From positions 1-5,400 of the IMG/VR virus record IMGVR_UViG_2675903559_000004: DNA of 5,400 bases. One strand, written 5' to 3'. The position numbers were made by a program, and so were the translations under genes. Of this stretch, positions 1 to 5,400 are shown piece by piece. Position 1 is the stretch's first letter. Each line of letters starts with the position of its first letter. Source of the DNA: a virus (Duplodnaviria > Heunggongvirae > Uroviricota > Caudoviricetes). The notes below the pieces were generated by a model, which did not search any database, was not told the DNA's origin, and was given only the letters and a program-made list of their open reading frames with translations.

Positions 1-612
1 GGGGATTTACAACGATTTGGCCGCCGCATCGACCTTCGTGTGAAAACGGGGGCTGAAGCCATCCGGGCACTGGCCACACAGCTCCCGGCGTTTCGTCAGA
101 AACTGAGCGACGGCTGGTATCAGGTACGGATTTCCGGGCGGGACGTCAGCACGTCCGGATTGACGGCGCAGTTACATGAGGTTCTGCCTGACGGCGCTGT
201 GATTCATATTGTTCCCAGAGTCGCCGGGGCCAAGTCAGGGGGCGTATTCCAGATTGTCCTGGGAGCTGCCGCCATTGCCGGATCATTCTTTACTGCCGGA
301 GCCACCCTTGCAGCATGGGGGGCAGCCATTGGGGCCGGTGGTATGACCGGCATCCTGTTTTCTCTCGGTGCCAGTATGGTGCTCGGTGGTGTGGCGCAGA
401 TGCTGGCACCGAAAGCCAGAACTCCCCGTACACAGACAACGGATAACGGCAAACAGAACACCTATTTCTCCTCACTGGATAACATGGTTGCTCAGGGCAA
501 TGTTTTGCCTGTTCTGTACGGTGAAATGCGTGTGGGGTCACGGGTGGTTTCTCAGGAGATCAGCACGGCAGACGAAGGGGACGGTGGTCAGGTTGTGGTG
601 ATTGGTCGCTGA
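1..612 (+). CDS. I: Tail assembly protein I (lambda gpI-like), 5'-partial; frame is open from base 1, true start lies upstream of the window
   Basis: Frame +1 is open from nt 1 to TGA at 610..612. Translation (GDLQRFGRRIDLRVKTGAEAIRALATQLPAFRQKLSDGWYQVRISGRDV...GAAAIAGSFFTAGATLAAWGAAIGAGGMTGILFSLGASMVLGG...VLPVLYGEMRVGSRVVSQEISTADEGDGGQVVVIGR) matches my recollection of lambda gpI, including its Gly/Ala-rich hydrophobic segment. It sits immediately upstream of J, as in lambda. The ORF track begins at M40 only because the window truncates the gene. Confidence 0.85.
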   Translation, partial: GDLQRFGRRIDLRVKTGAEAIRALATQLPAFRQKLSDGWYQVRISGRDVSTSGLTAQLHEVLPDGAVIHIVPRVAGAKSGGVFQIVLGAAAIAGSFFTAGATLAAWGAAIGAGGMTGILFSLGASMVLGGVAQMLAPKARTPRTQTTDNGKQNTYFSSLDNMVAQGNVLPVLYGEMRVGSRVVSQEISTADEGDGGQVVVIGR

Positions 613-1580
613 TGCAAAATGTTTTATGTGAAACCGCCTGCGGGCGGTTTTGTCGTTTATGGAGCGTGAGGAATGGGTAAAGGCAGCAGTAAGGGGCATA
701 CCCCGCGCGAAGCGAAAGATAACCTGAAATCCACGCAGTTACTGAGTGTGATTGATGCCATCAGCGAAGGGCCGGTTGAAGGTCCGGTGGATGGATTAAA
801 AAGCGTGCTGCTGAACAGTACGCCGGTGCTGGACAGTGAGGGGAATACCAACATCTCCGGTGTCACGGTGGTGTTCCGGGCAGGTGAGCAGGAGCAGACA
901 CCGCCGGAAGGTTTTGAATCCTCCGGCTCCGAGACTGTGCTGGGTACGGAAGTGAAATATGACACGCCGATCACCCGCACCATCACGTCGGCAAACATCG
1001 ACCGTCTGCGCTTTACCTTCGGTGTGCAGGCACTGGTGGAAACCACCTCAAAGGGGGACAGGAATCCGTCGGAAGTCCGCCTGCTGGTTCAGATACAGCG
1101 TAACGGTGGCTGGGTGACGGAAAAAGACATCACCATTAAGGGCAAAACCACCTCGCAGTATCTGGCCTCGGTGGTGGTGGATAACCTGCCGCCGCGCCCG
1201 TTTAATATCCGGATGCGCAGGATGACGCCAGACAGCACCACAGACCAGCTGCAGAACAAAACGCTCTGGTCGTCATACACCGAAATCATCGATGTGAAAC
1301 AGTGCTACCCGAACACGGCACTGGTCGGCGTGCAGGTGGACTCGGAGCAGTTCGGCAGTCAGCAGGTGAGCCGTAATTATCATCTTCGCGGGCGCATTCT
1401 GCAGGTGCCGTCGAACTATAACCCGCAGACGCGGCAATACAGCGGTATCTGGGACGGAACGTTTAAGCCGGCATACAGCGACAACATGGCCTGGTGTCTG
1501 TGGGATATGCTGACCCACCCGCGCTACGGCATGGGGAAACGTCTTGGTGCGGCGGATGTGGATAAATGGGCGCTGTATGA
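584..1580. repeat. Tandem direct repeat, copy A (997 bp): I 3' end + I-J spacer + J 5' ~908 bp
   Basis: Hand alignment at a constant offset of 997 nt: 584..1151 is identical to 1581..2148, and 1152..1579 matches 2149..2576 with 17 substitutions. Base 1580 (a) matches neither the I-derived (g583) nor the J-derived (t2577) parental base. Confidence 0.9.
631..660 (+). promoter_or_regulatory. Intergenic stem-loop in the I-J spacer (stem aaaccgcc / ggcggttt, loop tgcg) followed by a T-rich tract ttgtcgtttat
   Basis: Perfect 8-bp inverted repeat at 631..638 / 643..650 with a 4-nt loop, read directly from the sequence. The T-tract is interrupted, so it is a weak intrinsic terminator at best; it could instead be an RNA processing or stability element between two co-transcribed late genes. 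Confidence 0.35.
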
Positions 1581-1677
1581 GTGGTCAGGTTGTGGTGATT
1601 GGTCGCTGATGCAAAATGTTTTATGTGAAACCGCCTGCGGGCGGTTTTGTCGTTTATGGAGCGTGAGGAATGGGTAA
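673..1677 (+). pseudogene. Truncated duplicate of the J 5' end (J'): first 302 codons of J fused to 32 out-of-frame codons read from the repeated I 3' end and spacer
   Basis: ATG at 673 has the same upstream context (ggagcgtgaggaATGGGTAAAGG) as the real J start at 1670. The protein is identical to the J N-terminus apart from D169G and S228N, up to …ADVDKWALY, then becomes [32 protein letters not shown] and stops at TAA 1675..1677. Confidence 0.75.
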
Positions 1678-2577
1678 AGGCAGCAGTAAGGGGCATACCC
1701 CGCGCGAAGCGAAAGATAACCTGAAATCCACGCAGTTACTGAGTGTGATTGATGCCATCAGCGAAGGGCCGGTTGAAGGTCCGGTGGATGGATTAAAAAG
1801 CGTGCTGCTGAACAGTACGCCGGTGCTGGACAGTGAGGGGAATACCAACATCTCCGGTGTCACGGTGGTGTTCCGGGCAGGTGAGCAGGAGCAGACACCG
1901 CCGGAAGGTTTTGAATCCTCCGGCTCCGAGACTGTGCTGGGTACGGAAGTGAAATATGACACGCCGATCACCCGCACCATCACGTCGGCAAACATCGACC
2001 GTCTGCGCTTTACCTTCGGTGTGCAGGCACTGGTGGAAACCACCTCAAAGGGGGACAGGAATCCGTCGGAAGTCCGCCTGCTGGTTCAGATACAGCGTAA
2101 CGGTGGCTGGGTGACGGAAAAAGACATCACCATTAAGGGCAAAACCACTTCGCAGTATCTGGCCTCGGTGGTGGTGGGTAACCTGCCGCCGCGCCCGTTT
2201 AATATCCGGATGCGCAGGATGACACCGGACAGCACCACAGACCAGCTGCAGAACAAAACGCTCTGGTCGTCGTACACCGAAATCATCGATGTGAAACAGT
2301 GCTACCCGAACACGGCGCTGGTCGGCGTGCAGGTGGATTCAGAGCAGTTCGGTAACCAGCAGGTGAGTCGCAATTATCATCTTCGCGGGCGCATTCTGCA
2401 GGTGCCGTCGAACTATAACCCGCAGACGCGGCAATACAGCGGTATCTGGGACGGAACGTTTAAGCCGGCATACAGCGACAACATGGCCTGGTGTCTGTGG
2501 GACATGCTCACTCATCCGCGCTACGGCATGGGGAAACGTCTTGGTGCGGCGGATGTGGATAAATGGGCGCTGTATGT
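1581..2577. repeat. Tandem direct repeat, copy B (997 bp), lying inside the intact I-spacer-J context
   Basis: Same alignment as copy A. Copy B continues in frame into the rest of J (…[13 protein letters not shown]…), whereas copy A is followed by the repeated I 3' end. Confidence 0.9.
1628..1657 (+). promoter_or_regulatory. Second copy of the I-J spacer stem-loop, duplicated with the repeat
   Basis: Identical to 631..660 at offset +997 (aaaccgcctgcgggcggtttt gtcgtttat). Confidence 0.35.
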
Positions 2578-5149
2578 CATCGGCCAGTACTGCGACCAGT
2601 CAGTGACGGACGGATTTGGCGGCACGGAGCCGCGCATCACCTGTAACTCTTACCTGACCACACAGCGTAAGGCGTGGGATGTTCTCAGTGATTTCTGCTC
2701 GGCGATGCGCTGTATGCCGGTATGGAACGGACAGATGCTGACGTTCGTGCAGGACCGACCGTCGGATAAGGTGTGGACCTATAACCGCAGTAATGTGGTG
2801 ATGCCGGATGATGGCGCGCCGTTCCGCTACAGCTTCAGCGCCCTGAAGGACCGCCATAATGCCGTTGAGGTGAACTGGATTGACCCGGATAACGGCTGGG
2901 AGACGGCGACAGAGCTTGTGGAGGATACGCAGGCCATTGCCCGTTACGGTCGTAATGTCACGAAGATGGATGCCTTTGGTTGTACCAGTCGGGGGCAGGC
3001 ACACCGCGCCGGGCTGTGGCTGATTAAAACGGAACTGCTGGAAACGCAGACCGTGGACTTCAGCGTGGGCGCAGAAGGGCTTCGCCATGTACCGGGTGAT
3101 GTCATTGAAATCTGCGATGATGATTATGCCGGTATCAGCACCGGTGGTCGCGTACTGGCGGTGAACAGCCAGACCCGGACGCTGACGCTCGACCGTGAAA
3201 TCACGCTGCTATCCTCCGGTACCACGCTGATAAGCCTGGTTGACGGAAGTGGCAATCCGGTCAGCGTGGAGGTCCAGTCCGTCACCGACGGCGTGAAGGT
3301 GAAAGTGAGCCGGGTTCCTGACGGCGTTGCAGAATACAGCGTGTGGGGGCTGAAGCTGCCGACGCTGCACCAGCGATTGTTCCGCTGCGTGAGTATCCGT
3401 GAGAACGACGACGGCACGTATGCCATCACCGCCGTGCAGCATGTACCGGAAAAAGAGGCCATCGTGGATAACGGGGCACACTTTGACGGTGACCGGCGCG
3501 GCACGGTGAATGGTGTCACGCCGCCAGCGGTGCAGCATCTGACCGCCGAAGTCACCGCAGACAGCGGGGAATATCAGGTGCTGGCGCGATGGGACACGCC
3601 GAAGGTGGTGAAGGGTGTGAGCTTCCTGCTTCGCCTGACCGTGGCAGCGGACGACGGCAGTGAGCGGCTGGTCAGCACAGCCAGGACGACGGAAACCACA
3701 TACCGCTTCAGGCAGCTGGCGCTGGGGAATTACAGTCTGACAGTCCGGGCGGTAAATGCCCGGGGGCAGCAGGGCGATCCGGCGTCGGTATCGTTCCGGA
3801 TTGCGGCACCGGCAGCGCCTGTCACTATTGAACTGATACCGGGGTATTTTCAGATAACGGCGGTCCCGAAACTGGCTGTATATGACCCGACGGTGCAGTT
3901 TGAGTTCTGGTTTTCGGAAAAGCGGATTGCGGATATCAGGCAGGTTGAAACCAGCGCGCGTTATCTTGGTACGGCACTGTACTGGATAGCCGCCAGTATC
4001 AATATCAAACCGGGCCATGATTATTATTTTTACGTTCGCAGTGTGAACACCGTTGGCAAATCGGCATTTGTGGAGGCCATCGGTCGGGCGAGCGATGATG
4101 CAGAAGGTTATCTGAATTTTTATAAAGGGTTGATCAATAAAACGCATCTCGGCAAGGAGTTGTGGACGCAGATTGATAACGGTCAGCTTGCGCCGGACCT
4201 GACTGAAATCAGGACGTCCATTACGAATGTCAGCAATGAAATCACGCAAACCGTCAATAAAAAACTGGAAAATCAGAGTGCTGCAATCCAGCAGATACAG
4301 AAAGTTCAGGTTGATACAAATAATAACCTGAACAGCATGTGGGCTGTGAAGCTGCAGCAGATGCAGGACGGACGCCTTTATATTGCGGGTATCGGTGCCG
4401 GTATTGAGAATACGCCAGCAGGAATGCAGAGTCAGGTGCTGCTGGCGGCAGACAGGATTGCGATGATTAATCCTGCGAATGGCAACACAAAGCCGATGTT
4501 TGTTGGTCAGGGCGATCAGATATTCATGAACGACGTGTTCCTGAAATGCCTGACGGCTCCGACCATTACCAGCGGCGGTAATCCTCCGGCATTTTCCCTG
4601 ACACCTGGCGGACGGCTGACGGCGAAAAATGCCGATATCAGCGGTAACGTGAACGCGAACTCCGGGACGCTCAACAACGTCACGATTAATAAGAACTGTC
4701 GGGTTCTGGGAAAATTGTCCGCGAACCAGATTGAAGGCGATCTCGTTAAAACAGTGGGCAAACCTTTCCCACGGGACTCCCGGGCACCGGAGAGGTGGCC
4801 ATCAGGGACCATTACCGTCAGGGTTTATGACGATCAGCCGTTTGATCGGCAAATTGTTATTCCCGCGGTGGCGTTTCGCGGTGCTAAACATGAGCGGAAG
4901 AATAACAATATTTATTCGTCATGCCGCCTGATAGTGAAGAAAAACGGTGCTGAAATTTATAACCGAACGACCCTGGATAATACGCTGATATATACGGGTG
5001 TTATTGATATGCCTGCCGGTCACGGTCACATGACGCTGGAGTTTTCTGTATCGGCATGGCTGGTAAATGGCTGGTATCCCACAGCAAGTATCAGCGATTT
5101 GCTGGTTGTGGTGATGAAGAAAGCCACTGCAGGCATCACGATTAGCTGA
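1670..5149 (+). CDS. J: Host specificity protein J (lambda gpJ-like tail tip / central tail fibre), 1159 aa
   Basis: Single 3480-nt ORF. N-terminus [54 protein letters not shown] matches my recollection of lambda J. Length is close to lambda J (about 1130 aa). A central stretch around nt 3530..3830 (…[32 protein letters not shown]…) looks like a fibronectin-III-type beta-sandwich. A GGAG Shine-Dalgarno at 1658..1661 lies 8 nt before the ATG. Position fits the order I, J, lom. Confidence 0.93.
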   Translation: MGKGSSKGHTPREAKDNLKSTQLLSVIDAISEGPVEGPVDGLKSVLLNSTPVLDSEGNTNISGVTVVFRAGEQEQTPPEGFESSGSETVLGTEVKYDTPITRTITSANIDRLRFTFGVQALVETTSKGDRNPSEVRLLVQIQRNGGWVTEKDITIKGKTTSQYLASVVVGNLPPRPFNIRMRRMTPDSTTDQLQNKTLWSSYTEIIDVKQCYPNTALVGVQVDSEQFGNQQVSRNYHLRGRILQVPSNYNPQTRQYSGIWDGTFKPAYSDNMAWCLWDMLTHPRYGMGKRLGAADVDKWALYVIGQYCDQSVTDGFGGTEPRITCNSYLTTQRKAWDVLSDFCSAMRCMPVWNGQMLTFVQDRPSDKVWTYNRSNVVMPDDGAPFRYSFSALKDRHNAVEVNWIDPDNGWETATELVEDTQAIARYGRNVTKMDAFGCTSRGQAHRAGLWLIKTELLETQTVDFSVGAEGLRHVPGDVIEICDDDYAGISTGGRVLAVNSQTRTLTLDREITLLSSGTTLISLVDGSGNPVSVEVQSVTDGVKVKVSRVPDGVAEYSVWGLKLPTLHQRLFRCVSIRENDDGTYAITAVQHVPEKEAIVDNGAHFDGDRRGTVNGVTPPAVQHLTAEVTADSGEYQVLARWDTPKVVKGVSFLLRLTVAADDGSERLVSTARTTETTYRFRQLALGNYSLTVRAVNARGQQGDPASVSFRIAAPAAPVTIELIPGYFQITAVPKLAVYDPTVQFEFWFSEKRIADIRQVETSARYLGTALYWIAASINIKPGHDYYFYVRSVNTVGKSAFVEAIGRASDDAEGYLNFYKGLINKTHLGKELWTQIDNGQLAPDLTEIRTSITNVSNEITQTVNKKLENQSAAIQQIQKVQVDTNNNLNSMWAVKLQQMQDGRLYIAGIGAGIENTPAGMQSQVLLAADRIAMINPANGNTKPMFVGQGDQIFMNDVFLKCLTAPTITSGGNPPAFSLTPGGRLTAKNADISGNVNANSGTLNNVTINKNCRVLGKLSANQIEGDLVKTVGKPFPRDSRAPERWPSGTITVRVYDDQPFDRQIVIPAVAFRGAKHERKNNNIYSSCRLIVKKNGAEIYNRTTLDNTLIYTGVIDMPAGHGHMTLEFSVSAWLVNGWYPTASISDLLVVVMKKATAGITIS

Positions 5150-5168
5150 ATTTTATAACCCAGATACG

Positions 5169-5192
5169 GGCACCAGAAATGGTGCCTTTTTT
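5169..5192 (+). terminator. Rho-independent terminator downstream of J
   Basis: Perfect hairpin ggcacc (5169..5174) / ggtgcc (5181..5186) with loop agaaat, immediately followed by TTTTTT (5187..5192); begins 20 nt after the J stop codon. Confidence 0.7.
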
Positions 5193-5216
5193 ATTGCAGA
5201 AAAGCGAGAGGTAATT

Positions 5217-5400
5217 ATGCGTAAAGTTTGTGCAGCCATTTTGTCCACAGCCATCTGTCTGGCCGTATCCGGTGCGCCTGCATGGGCGTCTGAACATCAG
5301 TCCACGCTGAGCGCCGGGTATCTTCAGACCCATACTGATATGCCAGGCAGCGATGACCTGAAGGGCATTAACGTGAAATACCGTTATGAGTTTACGGACA
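5217..5400 (+). CDS. lom: Lom-like outer membrane protein precursor (Ail/Lom/OmpX family), 3'-partial; runs off the window end
   Basis: ATG at 5217 preceded by GAGAGG (5206..5211). Translation MRKVCAAILSTAICLAVSGAPAWA/SEHQSTLSAGYLQTHTDMPGSDDLKGINVKYRYEFTD has a typical Sec signal peptide (AxA cleavage motif) and the LKGINVKYRYE motif I recall from lambda Lom. It lies directly after J, as lom does in lambda. It is absent from the ORF track only because no stop codon falls inside the window. Confidence 0.85.
   Translation, partial: MRKVCAAILSTAICLAVSGAPAWASEHQSTLSAGYLQTHTDMPGSDDLKGINVKYRYEFTD

Noticed and set aside
204-601. Small ORFs inside gene I (204..461 -, 290..541 -, 368..601 +)
   Set aside because: They overlap the well-supported I reading frame in alternative frames or strands and have no start context or recognisable product.
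657-2043. Two identical 129-aa minus-strand ORFs (657..1046 and 1654..2043) and two near-identical 66-aa ones (1089..1289, 2086..2286)
   Set aside because: Their duplication is just the 997-bp repeat seen on the other strand. They are antisense to J' and J and are not independent evidence of genes.
2600-3555. Minus-strand ORFs 2600..3088 (162 aa) and 3124..3555 (143 aa)
   Set aside because: Both are antisense to J and have low-complexity, arginine-rich translations; they are most likely chance open frames in a GC-rich gene.
3209-4249. Long minus-strand ORF (346 aa) antisense to J
   Set aside because: It lies wholly inside the strongly supported J coding region on the opposite strand. Its product is rich in R/C/H/P as expected for antisense reading of GC-rich coding DNA, I see no ribosome-binding context, and I recognise nothing in it.
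4516-4931. Short ORFs 4731..4931 (+, 66 aa) and 4516..4812 (-, 98 aa) within the J 3' region
   Set aside because: They are embedded in J in other frames, with no ribosome-binding site and no recognisable product.
3500-5149. A diversity-generating retroelement variable region at the J C-terminus
   Set aside because: I find no template-repeat copy of the J 3' end in the window and no reverse transcriptase gene. The only large repeat is the 5' J duplication, and its differences are not adenine-specific.
5090-5216. A dedicated lom promoter inside the J 3' end or the J-lom spacer
   Set aside because: Only weak -10-like hexamers (for example tataac near 5154..5159) with no convincing -35 partner at proper spacing, and any transcript would have to pass the terminator hairpin. 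I cannot support a call from sequence alone.
5142-5333. Minus-strand 63-aa ORF overlapping the J terminator and the lom start
   Set aside because: It is antisense to the lom signal-peptide region and the terminator hairpin; the + strand lom reading with its ribosome-binding site, signal peptide and family motif is far better supported.
1-5400. A novel defence, toxin-antitoxin or other undescribed system hidden in the window
   Set aside because: Essentially the whole window is covered by I, J' / J and lom with short, explainable spacers. There is no unassigned coding space, no CRISPR-like repeat-spacer array and no RNA gene, so I cannot support a new system here.

Overview
This window is the distal tail-tip module of a lambda-like (lambdoid) phage or prophage, all on the + strand: the 3' part of tail assembly gene I (1..612), host-specificity/tail-tip gene J (1670..5149, 1159 aa), and the start of a lom-like outer-membrane lysogenic-conversion gene (5217..>5400) after an intrinsic terminator. 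The main anomaly is a 997-bp tandem direct repeat (584..1580 and 1581..2577) that duplicates the last 29 bp of I, the I-J spacer and the first ~908 bp of J. It creates a truncated upstream J' ORF (673..1677) whose stop codon overlaps the start codon of full-length J. The two repeat copies are not uniformly identical: by hand alignment the first ~568 bp match exactly, followed by 17 substitutions clustered in ~370 bp, 15 of them synonymous third-position changes. That pattern points to two distinct J alleles joined together (inter-prophage recombination, gene conversion or an assembly chimera) rather than a fresh duplication. I see no CRISPR array, RNA gene, transposase/IS element or recognisable defence-system gene here, and I cannot support a claim of a novel system. 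All homology statements rest on recalled similarity to lambda gpI, gpJ and Lom; no database search was run.
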